Sequence record: OW969666.1
From: a plasmid
Length of the DNA: 64,000 bases
Reading direction: 5' to 3' (one strand)
Shown piece by piece: positions 32,963-42,361 of the stretch. The notes below the pieces were generated by a model, which was given only the letters and a program-made list of their open reading frames with translations, was not told the DNA's origin and ran no database searches. Both the position numbers and the translations under genes were made by a program. How positions within the stretch are numbered: the stretch's first letter is position 1; every line of letters starts with the position of its first letter.

Positions 32963-33235
32963 ATGCACACACGAAACGTCAACGTCAAAACCGCCGCTCC
33001 CGAATCTTCCAGGAAGATGGGGGAAGAACAAAACCCTGTTTCTGTCGCACGGGAGTGGGTGGCTCAGGCCACTTCGCTGAAAGCGGGTGTCACCGTCACC
33101 CTGTCCGATGTGTCCCGATACGGAGACGTTCAGGTGGAGATCCGCACCAACGGAACGCTTAACTGGCGCGACTGGTCGTTTGAACCGGATTTTCTTTTTG
33201 AACTGAAACGCAACCTGCAATACGTGCAGCTTTAA
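32963..33235 (+). CDS. Small protein (90 aa) with the conserved module leader MHTRNVNVKTAAPESSRK.
   Basis: ATG preceded by GGAGAAAACCAGGATG. The first 17 residues are shared with the ORFs at 37067 and 40089. Downstream sequences are unrelated. Confidence 0.45.
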   Translation: MHTRNVNVKTAAPESSRKMGEEQNPVSVAREWVAQATSLKAGVTVTLSDVSRYGDVQVEIRTNGTLNWRDWSFEPDFLFELKRNLQYVQL

Positions 33236-33278
33236 CCGGAGGCCGGATGTCCGGCCTTAACCCAGAGAAGGAGGAAAC

Positions 33279-33644
33279 ATGCAGAACCTTAACACCCGTC
33301 CGGCGACCCGTAAGGTCGGGCAGAGCACTGAAATCGTGAAGCTGCTGCGCATTCAGGCCAGCGACACCCACGTGGTCGAGTTTGACAACGTGGACACCCG
33401 ATTTAACGACTGCAACAACTGGCAAGTGATGGCAGGAGGCAAACGTGTCCTGTTCAGCAACCGCATGTATGAGCGTTTTTCAGATGTGAAATCGGGGATC
33501 GTGGCAACGATCAACGTGTGTGAAAACAGCGGCAGCGTAACGGATAACGCGATGCTGGAAGGGGCAAAAGTCATGATGCAGGTTCTTGATGGCTATCCGT
33601 CCTTTGCAGCACTGGCAGCACACCCGAAACGCATTACCGGTTAA
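33279..33644 (+). CDS. Hypothetical protein (121 aa).
   Basis: ORF with RBS AAGGAGGAAACATG. Confidence 0.45.
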   Translation: MQNLNTRPATRKVGQSTEIVKLLRIQASDTHVVEFDNVDTRFNDCNNWQVMAGGKRVLFSNRMYERFSDVKSGIVATINVCENSGSVTDNAMLEGAKVMMQVLDGYPSFAALAAHPKRITG

Positions 33645-33711
33645 CCGAGTGCCGTGACCGGAGGGCAATCCGGCCACGGCTAACCACAACTATCACTGAG
33701 AGGTAAAAATC

Positions 33712-35724
33712 ATGGTCGCCACCAATACTACGGCAAAAAAACCAGCCAGGACCACCCGTCAGACAAAATCTGCGGAAAAAATCGCGCAGTCTACCGAGCA
33801 GAAGCTCGTCCAGCTGCTCGCTGATACGCCCGTGCAAATCTTCCCGTACTCCCGCCTGTCACACACTGACTTAAACACGCGCATCATTCCGCATACCGAT
33901 CAGGAAGTGGAAGAGATGGCAGACAGCATTCAGGCAATGGGCATCCTCCAGAACCTGATCGGTGCAGAACTGCCGGACGGTACGATCGGCATTGTCGGCG
34001 GGGAAGGTCGTCGCAGAGGCACAGGCATTCTGGTGATGCGCGGTGTGCTCGATGCAGACACGCCGTTTGTTCCGGTGAAAGTCCTGCCCGTTGAGATGGC
34101 TGTGGCGGCCTCGATGATCGAGAACGGTCGACGTAAAAACATGCATCCCGCCGAGCAGATTATCGGTTTTCGTACCCTTCAGCAGGAAGGTAAAACGGCC
34201 TCTCAGATCGGCGCACTGATGGGCTATCACCCGCGCCACGTTCAGCGCTGCCTGAAGCTGGCGAATCTTGCCCCCTCCCTGCTGGATGCGCTGGCGCGGG
34301 ATGAAATCTCCCTTGAACAGTGTGAAGTCCTGACACTTGCTGATACCCATGAGCGTCAGGAGCAGGTCTGGAAAGAGGCTGTTGAACAGTGGCGCGATCC
34401 TGCCGTACAGACTCTGCGCAAAATGGTGACCGACGACAAGATGGCCATCAGTCACCCGATGTTTGAGTATGTGGGTGAGGAAGCCTATACCGCCGCTGGC
34501 GGTACGCTGACCGCCGACCTGTTCAGCGACAAGGACAGCACCTTTGCCGATGCGGCGCTGGTTAAATCTCTGCTGGCTGGCAAGCTCACCGTGCTCGCCG
34601 CTCGCGTTAAGCAGGAGCAGGGCTGGGGCTGGGCTGAGTTCCGTATGACGGAACTGCGTGCCAGCGGTGAGGACGGTGAACAGTACCGTTTTGCGATGCC
34701 GAAAGCTGTCCTGACGGAAGAAGAACAGAAGCGCGTCAGTGAGCTGGAAGAACAAATGGAAGCCACTGAAAGCTACGATGACGAATACGAGCTTCAGCAG
34801 GATATCGATGACATTTACTGCGAGGCGCAGTACCGCGAAGCCACGCCGGAATTTCGCGCCGCGCACGGAATCTGGGTGTCATGGGACGGTAGCAATTTTC
34901 AGGTTCAGCCTGGTATCCGCAAGCTGACCGACGAAGACCGGGTAGCTGAAGAACAGGCGCGTCAGGAACGTGAAAGCAATGTGATCAGACACACCACGCC
35001 TGAAATTCCCGCCGACGCTTATCCGGCAACGCTGGTAAAAGCTATGTCAGCCGAACGGACTCTCGCCGTTCAGGCCGAACTGGCGGGTCGTCCCGACGTA
35101 TCGGTGGCGCTCCTGACGTGGACACTGTGCCTCAGTATGTTTGATCGCAGCTACGGTAAACGCAGCGAACCGCTGAAAGCCTCCGTGTCCTCGAATCAGT
35201 ATCACCTTGCATCACTGGCTCCATCCGGTGAAGAAGGGAAGGCGCTGACGGCGCTCAAAGCGCAGAAAGAGGCGCTTCAGGCAACGCTGCCCGAAAACTG
35301 GCATCTCGATTTCACCTGGCTGCTTTCATGGTCAGCGGAGCAGGTGAACACCCTGCTGGGATTCTGTGCAGCGCACGGTATCAACGGTATTCAGGAACGT
35401 ATGTACAACCATACGCAGAAAAGCGAACTGGACGGGCTGGAAGCGGCGCTGGACTTTGACCTGCGCAAATGGTGGCAGCCGGATGCTGAGAGCTACTTCG
35501 GCAAGCTCACCATCCCCCAGATTGGCAAAGCCTACGAAGAAGCCGGACTCAGTGCCCGCGCTGGAGAGATTGTGAAGCTCAAGCGCCGCGATGCGGCGAA
35601 GGCCGCCGAGCAGGATCTGAATGCTCAGGGCTGGCTGCCTGACTGGATGGTGCGCACATCACCAGCCGCTGAGGCTGAAGAAGCCACCGAAACCGACGCT
35701 CACACCACTGACCACGCTGCTTAA
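33712..35724 (+). CDS. ParB/sulfiredoxin-like nuclease-domain protein of the leading region (670 aa).
   Basis: ParB-N-like region (...GILQNLIG...VGGEGRRRG...) and a large acidic C-terminal extension. Position upstream of psiB is typical for F-like plasmids. Confidence 0.7.
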   Translation: MVATNTTAKKPARTTRQTKSAEKIAQSTEQKLVQLLADTPVQIFPYSRLSHTDLNTRIIPHTDQEVEEMADSIQAMGILQNLIGAELPDGTIGIVGGEGRRRGTGILVMRGVLDADTPFVPVKVLPVEMAVAASMIENGRRKNMHPAEQIIGFRTLQQEGKTASQIGALMGYHPRHVQRCLKLANLAPSLLDALARDEISLEQCEVLTLADTHERQEQVWKEAVEQWRDPAVQTLRKMVTDDKMAISHPMFEYVGEEAYTAAGGTLTADLFSDKDSTFADAALVKSLLAGKLTVLAARVKQEQGWGWAEFRMTELRASGEDGEQYRFAMPKAVLTEEEQKRVSELEEQMEATESYDDEYELQQDIDDIYCEAQYREATPEFRAAHGIWVSWDGSNFQVQPGIRKLTDEDRVAEEQARQERESNVIRHTTPEIPADAYPATLVKAMSAERTLAVQAELAGRPDVSVALLTWTLCLSMFDRSYGKRSEPLKASVSSNQYHLASLAPSGEEGKALTALKAQKEALQATLPENWHLDFTWLLSWSAEQVNTLLGFCAAHGINGIQERMYNHTQKSELDGLEAALDFDLRKWWQPDAESYFGKLTIPQIGKAYEEAGLSARAGEIVKLKRRDAAKAAEQDLNAQGWLPDWMVRTSPAAEAEEATETDAHTTDHAA

Positions 35725-35761
35725 TACCGGAGGCCGCCGCCTTCGGGCGGCGGGAACAGAC

Positions 35762-36187
35762 ATGACTATGCAATATGACCTGAACCAAATCAACAAACTG
35801 ACCGCCTCCGACCTGGAGTTTATCCGTCAGCAGGGCGAGGACGCGCGCCGCGCTCTCAGCGATACCGTGACCGGCCTCCTGTCCACACCAGAAGGATGGC
35901 GCGTCTGCGCCGAATACCGCAGCGAGTTCGGCGGCTTCTTCCCCGTCCAGTGCCGCTTCAGCGCGGACGGCAGTGATGACTGGCATCTGTGCGTGTGCAG
36001 CTCCGGCGAAGTCTCACCGTACTGGCTTCTGGTGCTGCTCTCCTCCGGCGGGGAAGTGGTGTGTACCCTTTACCAGAGCGACACGCTCCAGCCTGACCGG
36101 ATACCTGACACGGAAATCGCTTTGCGAAATCCGGTACAGGGACACGGACAGGGAGGTGGCAGCTTTTATGGCTTACGAATCCGCTAA
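35762..36187 (+). CDS. psiB: PsiB-like plasmid SOS inhibition protein with an abnormal C-terminus (141 aa). Homology to PsiB ends near codon 105.
   Basis: [17 protein letters not shown]...[20 protein letters not shown] parallels F PsiB ([17 protein letters not shown]...[20 protein letters not shown]). The last 36 residues are unrelated and overlap a hok-like reading frame. Confidence 0.7.
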   Translation: MTMQYDLNQINKLTASDLEFIRQQGEDARRALSDTVTGLLSTPEGWRVCAEYRSEFGGFFPVQCRFSADGSDDWHLCVCSSGEVSPYWLLVLLSSGGEVVCTLYQSDTLQPDRIPDTEIALRNPVQGHGQGGGSFYGLRIR

Positions 36188-36191
36188 GTAG
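36098..36191 (+). pseudogene. hok: hok/gef-family toxin gene remnant, 3' half only. Lacks the start codon and TM region. In the +1 frame relative to psiB.
   Basis: [29 protein letters not shown] matches the Hok C-terminus ([29 protein letters not shown]). Followed at 36192-36220 by a GC-rich hairpin CCCCGGCGGGGGGAAACCCCCGCC, like the hok mRNA 3' fold-back element. Confidence 0.65.
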
Positions 36192-36499
36192 CTAACCCCG
36201 GCGGGGGGAAACCCCCGCCATTCAGGGGCTGAGATTGTGTGGACATGCCTGAAGCGCCTTTATGAAGGGGTTGCCGGTTCGCCGGTAGCCCCTTTTTCCT
36301 TCCCGACGCGACCGCACGCCTGAACCTCCGGGAAGGGCTGTTCCCCTGCGGGGAACGGGGGAAGGGGGACGCGCCTTCGGCGCTGCCCCTCTGCTCCCTC
36401 TGCCTGATCCTCCCCCCTGCCTGTCCTGCCTGATTTTGTTGAATTCGAAACTCTGTGAGCTACCTGCTCATACCGGGCTTCAGCCTGGTGTGCCCGATG

Positions 36500-37066
36500 T
36501 TCTTTATCCCGGGCGTCATATCCGGCGTCCTGCCGGTTAACTTTCGCATCTGCAGCTCCGTGGCTATAACCCGAAAACAGGGCAGGGCGATGGCCCCCTT
36601 CGGCTCCCGGCCCGCGTGGCGGTCCGGTCGTCGAGCCCCACTCCGCCAGGTCGGCTGCTGACGCACCCGCCGGGCTCCGCCGAACCCGCAAGCGGTTTCG
36701 GGCTGACGCTAGGGTCTGATGGCTGAGGTCAACCCCCTGGCTTGCACCGGCCGGAGGCCGGGCCGCCCTGAGCGCGCCGGCGGAGCCGTCGCTTTAAGGC
36801 CGCCACGCCGTTCCGACGTGTCGGGTGCGTGCATCCTGTTCACCCGGTGAGGCCATCCCCCGTGCGTCCTCACGCGGAGGGCTGCTTGTAGCACCGTCGG
36901 GTCGTCATCCAAGGGGTGAAATGCACTCCGCCAAAACTTTTTGCGTGCCGCAAAAACTTTTGTCTCCGCCCCTTTCCTTCCGCCCTTCGCCGTTGCTCCT
37001 TTTGCCCTTTGCCGCGAGAGAACTCACCAGGGAGATGGACAACCATCACCACAGGAGAAAACCAGG
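36500..37066 (+). repeat. Leading-region repeat module B.
   Basis: Long identity with modules A and C, including the AAAACTTTTTGCG-TGC-CGCAAAAACTTTT palindrome (about 36938-36968) and the RBS/leader. Confidence 0.7.
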
Positions 37067-37381
37067 ATGCACACACAAAACGTCAACGTCAAAACCGCCG
37101 CTCCCGAATCTTCCAGGAAGATAGGGGGAAAAACCGTGTCGTACACGATCCTCGTCGCTGAGCAGAAAAAAAACTCAGCGGAGGAACCTGATGTTCTGGA
37201 GTTCAGCAGCCTGGCTGAGCTGAAGAAACTGCGCAGACGCTGCCCCGAAACGATGCGCTGCACCTATTTCTACGCCCTCAGCAGCGGCGTCGATAAACAG
37301 TTCCGCCATATCCATGTGGCTGAAGCTGACCACTTCAAACAGTTTGTGCGCCTGATCGCGCGTGCAGGTATCGACATTTAA
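37067..37381 (+). CDS. Small protein (104 aa) with the conserved leader MHTQNVNVKTAAPESSRK.
   Basis: Same leader as 32963 and 40089. Confidence 0.45.
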   Translation: MHTQNVNVKTAAPESSRKIGGKTVSYTILVAEQKKNSAEEPDVLEFSSLAELKKLRRRCPETMRCTYFYALSSGVDKQFRHIHVAEADHFKQFVRLIARAGIDI

Positions 37382-37441
37382 ACACGGTTCACCCCGTGCG
37401 GCAGCCGCCGCACGGAACCTCATAAGACAGGAGCCAGAAAT

Positions 37442-37903
37442 ATGAACGTTAACACCCCGGCCGCTGCACCAATGGCCTTTTTCGTTCCGTCCCATAACGC
37501 CGTTTATGACCGCGCAACCCAGCTGGAAGGGCAGTGGGTGACTCAGCGTGAAGCGATAACGCTGGAATCCCTGCGCCGTCTCTATCCGGATGCGGAGCTG
37601 ATCCCCGCGACTCTGGTTCAGGAAAAGCAGAATGACGGCTATCGCCGTCCCTGGGTGGAAATCACCGGGGCCCGGTACATCGACCAGCTGGAAACGCTGC
37701 CGCCAGTGGACTGGTGCAGAGGGTATGGCGGGGAGTCGTTCAAATCGATGGAGTTTACGGGCGGGGATGTGACCGCAATTTTCGTCCGGTACGGCGCGCG
37801 TTTCTTTGAGTGCCATGACCTGCACACCCGCCATCACCGGGAGCTGATTGGCGACGTGATCGCCCGTTTCTGTCTCGATGCGCCGCTGAATTCCGCGCAT
37901 TAA
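37442..37903 (+). CDS. Hypothetical protein (153 aa).
   Basis: ORF with RBS GGAGCCAGAAATATG. Confidence 0.5.
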   Translation: MNVNTPAAAPMAFFVPSHNAVYDRATQLEGQWVTQREAITLESLRRLYPDAELIPATLVQEKQNDGYRRPWVEITGARYIDQLETLPPVDWCRGYGGESFKSMEFTGGDVTAIFVRYGARFFECHDLHTRHHRELIGDVIARFCLDAPLNSAH

Positions 37904-37984
37904 AAAAGCAGGGTTGCCCCTGCTTTCTCAACGCCGGGTAGCCGCAGCAACGGTGAACCGGCAATCACAACCAAAGTAAGGAGA

Positions 37985-38191
37985 TTGATCGTGAAATTTG
38001 ACCCGCAAACTGTCGCACAGGCGAAGGCATTTGTAAATGCCCTCCGCGCCGGAAAACGCGCTCGCGTACCCGCGCTGCGCTTCTCACAGTGGCAGCCGTT
38101 CCTGTCCGTGGTAAATGCCGAAACGGGCTACGCCACCGATGCTGACTGTGGTCTGGCTGTCAGCGTCTACCCGGCGCTTGGACTGGCTTAA
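37985..38191 (+). CDS. Hypothetical small protein (68 aa).
   Basis: ORF with RBS AAGGAGATTGATCGTG (GTG start). Confidence 0.35.
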   Translation: MIVKFDPQTVAQAKAFVNALRAGKRARVPALRFSQWQPFLSVVNAETGYATDADCGLAVSVYPALGLA

Positions 38192-38231
38192 CAGGAGACG
38201 GCCGCCTGCGGGCGGCCGGTAAGGAGAAACC

Positions 38232-39023
38232 ATGTCACAACTGAGTTTTGAATCCCTGTTCCTGGCAGACCAGGCTGATCTGCAGCCGCGGGCTTCCGCA
38301 CCGGCCCGGATGCTGTCGCCAGCTGAGGCGCGTAAACAGTTCGCCAGTGTGTTCCGGCAAACGGCGAAAAATATGCGCCGTTCCGAAGTGTTCAGTGACT
38401 TCATCACCCTGGCAGCCAGCGAGCTGGATCTGGCCCGTATTCGTTCGCCGGAGAACATCGAAAACAGCCGTCGCATCTGCGCACGGTATCAGCCGGACGA
38501 TTTAGACGCCATGAAGCAGCTGTTCTGCCTGTTGGTTGAGGGGCTGGCGGGTGACATTCATGATTTCCTCGGCGCTCTGTATATGGAGCAGGAGCTGGGC
38601 GCGGACGAAATGGGGCAGTATTTCTCTCCGTCCTGCATCTCCCGTCTGATGGCCGGACTACTCATGCCCGGCGCTCAGGAGACGATAAAGCGTGAGGGGT
38701 GGATGACGCTCGATGAGCCAGCCTGCGGCAGCGCCGGTATGGTCATTGCCTTTGCATACTGGATGGCTGAAGCGGGATATAACCCGTCTGAACAGCTATA
38801 TGCCACCTGCACCGACATCGATCCAATGGTGGCTGATATGGCCTTTATCCAGCTGGCTCTGCTGGGTATTCCCGCGAAAGTCGTGACCGGTAATACGCTG
38901 ACCCTGAAAGCGAACCGCGTGCGTTACACCCCCGTGTATTACTTCAATGACTGGCAGGGCCGTCTGGCATTTCGCAGTCGTCTGGATGCAATGAAGAACT
39001 TTCTGGCCACCGTGGCCGCCTGA
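38232..39023 (+). CDS. SAM-dependent N6-adenine DNA methyltransferase-like protein (263 aa; HsdM/N6_Mtase-like catalytic region). Orphan.
   Basis: LDEPACGSAGMVIAFAYW is SAM-binding motif I. No specificity or restriction subunit nearby. Confidence 0.65.
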   Translation: MSQLSFESLFLADQADLQPRASAPARMLSPAEARKQFASVFRQTAKNMRRSEVFSDFITLAASELDLARIRSPENIENSRRICARYQPDDLDAMKQLFCLLVEGLAGDIHDFLGALYMEQELGADEMGQYFSPSCISRLMAGLLMPGAQETIKREGWMTLDEPACGSAGMVIAFAYWMAEAGYNPSEQLYATCTDIDPMVADMAFIQLALLGIPAKVVTGNTLTLKANRVRYTPVYYFNDWQGRLAFRSRLDAMKNFLATVAA

Positions 39024-39064
39024 CTGACAGAGCGGCAGGGCAGACCTGCCGCAGGGAGATAAAA

Positions 39065-39400
39065 ATGACAAGCAACACACTGAACGCTGTTCCGGCGACC
39101 GTGCTGGAGACCATGGCAGAATGCCTCAACGGCCAGCCTGAACCGCTAAAAATCCGCAACAACGACGATCACGCTGCACTGGCTGCAGATGTGCTCTGGC
39201 AGTTTGCCCGAAAAACCGGGCTGAACAGGGAAAGCGAGAGCGTGCAAACCGTCATCACTGATTTTCTGGCCAATCTTCTGCACCTGTGCAAACAGTGCGA
39301 TCCTGACGGGGCAGGTATCGACGGATTTAATGCCCTGCTGAATATGGCCATGATGCATTATGAGCAGGAAAACGGAGGTGACAGCGAAGAACCAGTTTGA
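39065..39400 (+). CDS. Hypothetical protein (111 aa).
   Basis: ORF with RBS GGGAGATAAAAATG. Confidence 0.4.
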   Translation: MTSNTLNAVPATVLETMAECLNGQPEPLKIRNNDDHAALAADVLWQFARKTGLNRESESVQTVITDFLANLLHLCKQCDPDGAGIDGFNALLNMAMMHYEQENGGDSEEPV

Positions 39401-39519
39401 TCGGGAGTCTGTGCCCTGGTGGATGCCATCAGGGCAACCGCAAAAAAACGCTTCCCCTTCGGGGAAACAGGGAGGGCGAAAGCGCCTCCGGCGCTCCTGC
39501 CATTCCCCGCTACCGTACT

Positions 39520-40088
39520 TCTCTCCTTACCTGCCTTCAGAACCGGCGTCCTGCTGGTCAACTTTCTCAGCTGCAGCTTTGTTATGGCCATAACCCGAAA
39601 GCAGGGCAGGGCGATGGCCCCCTTCGGCTCCCGGCCCGCGTGGCGGTCCGGTCGTCGAGCCCCACTCCGCCAGGTCGGCTTCTGACGCACCCGCCGGGCT
39701 CCGCCGAACCCGCAAGCGGTTTCGGGCTGACGCTAGGGTCTGATGGCTGAGGTCAACCCCCTGGCTTGCACCGGCCGGAGGCCGGGCCGCCCTGAGCGCG
39801 CCGGCGGAGCCGTCGCTTTAAGGCCGCCACGCCGTTCCGCCGTGTCGGGTGCGTGCATCCTGTTCACCCGGTGAGGCCATCCCCCGTGCGTCCTCACGCG
39901 GAGGGCTGGTCGTAGCACCGTCGGGTCGTCATCCGAAGGGTGAAATGCACTCAGACAAAAGTTTTTGCGTGCCGCAAAAACTTTTGTCTGCGCCCTTCTC
40001 CTGCCACCCCGCCGTCGCTCCTTTTGCCCTTTGCCGCGAGAGAACTCACCAGGGAGATGGACAACCATCACCACAGGAGAAAACCAAA
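39520..40088 (+). repeat. Leading-region repeat module C.
   Basis: Contains the perfect palindrome CAGACAAAAGTTTTTGCG-TGC-CGCAAAAACTTTTGTCTG (about 39951-39989) and the conserved RBS/leader. Confidence 0.7.
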
Positions 40089-40382
40089 ATGCACACACGA
40101 AACGTCAACGTCAAAACCGCCGCTCAAGAATCTACCGGAAGATGTGATTCAAACCTCACCACGTCCCAGTTCACGGATCTGTTCTGCTGGGTCCTGGCAG
40201 CATCGGAAGGGGAGCCACAACCGACAATTTTTACGCCGCCAGAGAATGCCACTGAGCTGACGTTAATTAATGACGAATGCCCGGATTATATCTCTGTCTG
40301 GGTTGTAGATGGTCGCCCGGTGGCAGCTGCAATGCCGCTGGATAATTTTCACCGCGTTATTCCTTCATCACTTACTAAATAA
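40089..40382 (+). CDS. Small protein (97 aa) with the conserved leader MHTRNVNVKTAAQES.
   Basis: Same leader as 32963 and 37067. Confidence 0.45.
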   Translation: MHTRNVNVKTAAQESTGRCDSNLTTSQFTDLFCWVLAASEGEPQPTIFTPPENATELTLINDECPDYISVWVVDGRPVAAAMPLDNFHRVIPSSLTK

Positions 40383-40398
40383 TCAGGAGTAAATAAAA

Positions 40399-41220
40399 AT
40401 GGTCAGTTTCGCAAGCCGCTATCGTATGCCTGTCTCGATCCGTAAAGACCGTCCGCTGACAAATGAGGAATTACAGCTCATCGTTCCGAGCGCGTTCTCA
40501 TCGGATAAACACGATTCACGCTCTGAACGTTATACATATATCCCGACCATAAATATTCTTGACCGTTTACGTGATGAAGGGTTTCAGCCGTATTATGCAA
40601 CGCAGTCACGCACACGTGACCAGGATAAACGAGAATTTACAAAACATATGCTTCGCCTGCGTCGTCATGACCAGATTAACGGGAAAGAAGTACCGGAAAT
40701 TATTCTGCTGAATAGCCATGATGGTTCAAGCAGCTATAAAATGATCCCCGGTATGTTCCGTCAGGTTTGCAGTAATGGTCTGGTTGCATGGAAGGATTTT
40801 GGTGAAATCCGCGTACCCCACAAAGGGGATATTGTCGGGCAGGTTATTGAAGGCGCTTACACGGTGCTGAAAACATTTGACGCGGTTGATGAAAATATTG
40901 ACCTCATGAAAAGCATTCAGCTTACTTTGCCTGAGCAGCGACTTTTTGGTGCGACCGCTCTGGAACTTAAGTACGATGGAAAACCAGCGCCGATTACGCC
41001 GGAGCAAATTATTAACCCACGCCGGGTACTCGACAGAGGCCAGGATTTATGGACCACGTTTAACGTAGTACAGGAAAATGTGATCCGTGGGGGGATTCGT
41101 GGCAGAACGCAAAAAGGGAAGGTGGCCAGAACGCGGGAAGTCACCGGAATTGATGGTGACATCAAATTAAATCAGGTGCTCTGGAAAATGGCGGAGGAGT
41201 TTGCAAAACTGAAGGCCTGA
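40399..41220 (+). CDS. DUF932-family protein (273 aa), a common leading-region gene of conjugative elements.
   Basis: Size and conserved blocks (IPTINILDRLRDEGF...LLNSHDGSSSYK...) fit DUF932. Called from memory of the family, not from a search. Confidence 0.55.
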   Translation: MVSFASRYRMPVSIRKDRPLTNEELQLIVPSAFSSDKHDSRSERYTYIPTINILDRLRDEGFQPYYATQSRTRDQDKREFTKHMLRLRRHDQINGKEVPEIILLNSHDGSSSYKMIPGMFRQVCSNGLVAWKDFGEIRVPHKGDIVGQVIEGAYTVLKTFDAVDENIDLMKSIQLTLPEQRLFGATALELKYDGKPAPITPEQIINPRRVLDRGQDLWTTFNVVQENVIRGGIRGRTQKGKVARTREVTGIDGDIKLNQVLWKMAEEFAKLKA

Positions 41221-41248
41221 AAATTAAGCCGCTCAACAGAGCGGCTTT

Positions 41249-41788
41249 TTACTGCCCGCTATGTAACGAGGTCGTTTCCGCAATTTGCATTGCATGCTCC
41301 TTTCCCGCAGCTGGCGCCAGACGTTCAGAAAGTAGCTTTTTTCTGGCCAGCAATACACGATATATATTTTTGATATCCTGAGCATACGCCTTGCGCTGCG
41401 CAATGAGCTTTTTGCTCGGCCCCGTATTATACATCCCTACGCTGTCCCAGTTTTTTCCGTATGACCTGAAGTTGTGCGCCAGTACCCATGCACCCGTATA
41501 AACGCAGATGCATGGATCATTCAACAGTCGCTCACGGGTAATATTGAAATTTTTAAGTTTACCGTAATGGGAACTGTTCACCTGCATCCCGCAGACATCT
41601 TCTGTTCCATTCCTGTTTGATCCATTTATCGCACCCGGCTTAAGTCTGCTCTCTTTAATTGAAATTGACATAAGCAGCAGCGGATCAATTTGATAATCTT
41701 TCCCGGCCTGATCAAAGCACATCTGGGGAGCTGCGCCAGCAGACATGGAAAGGGTCAGCAATGCCGCAGGTAGTATCGATATTTTCAT
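41249..41788 (-). CDS. Lytic transglycosylase (F gene X/orf169-like), 179 aa with signal peptide.
   Basis: MKISILPAALLTLSMSAGAA... signal. Core SISIKESRLKPGAINGSNRNGTEDVCGMQVNSSH is the Slt-domain catalytic Glu region. Sits next to oriT as in F. Confidence 0.8.
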   Translation of the reverse strand: MKISILPAALLTLSMSAGAAPQMCFDQAGKDYQIDPLLLMSISIKESRLKPGAINGSNRNGTEDVCGMQVNSSHYGKLKNFNITRERLLNDPCICVYTGAWVLAHNFRSYGKNWDSVGMYNTGPSKKLIAQRKAYAQDIKNIYRVLLARKKLLSERLAPAAGKEHAMQIAETTSLHSGQ

Positions 41789-42361
41789 GGTTTGGCCTTT
41801 TAACGAAATACACGGGCTCTGGAGAGTCGCCTTAAAAAATACCCCGACGGATCGTCGTAATCAAGTTAATTCACTACAAACGCGCGTGAGCGCTCTCCTG
41901 AAGGGATTTAACACCCGTCCGAAATAAACATATCAGAGCAGTAGACGGTATTAACACGCCGCTCTTTATTAACCCCTTAAAACATCACACCCCACGCAAG
42001 ACTTTGTCTTGCAGATTTTTCTTTTAATTTCAGGTGCATATCTGTGATAAATTTGCGCGTTATTGAAGTGTGACCGTCTAATGTCGCACACACCGACACT
42101 ACACTATCGTATAATCCTGATACCTGTTAGTGTCGGTATGTCACACATGTATCGTACAATTGTAGATATGCTTTAATTACATTGAATTATATATCGCACA
42201 GTGTCACACTGTCGCACATCCTGGTGCTGGATTGTACTACTGTACAAAACAGAGATTCGCAGCAGTATCAACCCATTACACCTTTGCACAGCATTTTGAT
42301 AAACCACCAACAGGCCATATGTAGTGTCGGTTCCGACACTAACTTAAAACAGGTAAGAAAT
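41789..42361. promoter_or_regulatory. oriT: oriT / traM promoter region (contains nic, IHF/TraY/TraM binding sites; individual sites not resolved).
   Basis: Intergenic region between gene X and traM. Several inverted repeats, for example GTGTCGCACACACCGACAC and AGTGTCGGTTCCGACACTAAC. AT-rich. Confidence 0.5.

Noticed and set aside
33871-34866. 331-aa ORF antisense to the ParB-like gene.
   Set aside because: Fully embedded antisense in a gene with clear homology. GC-rich codon-bias artefact.
36455-36666. Small ORFs inside repeat modules B and C (36455-36661, 39419-39685) sharing ...ITRKQGRAMAPFGSRPAWRSGRRAPLRQVG.
   Set aside because: They lie in the conserved GC-rich regulatory repeat. The similarity is explained by nucleotide identity of the modules, and there is no RBS. 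More likely structured DNA than coding.
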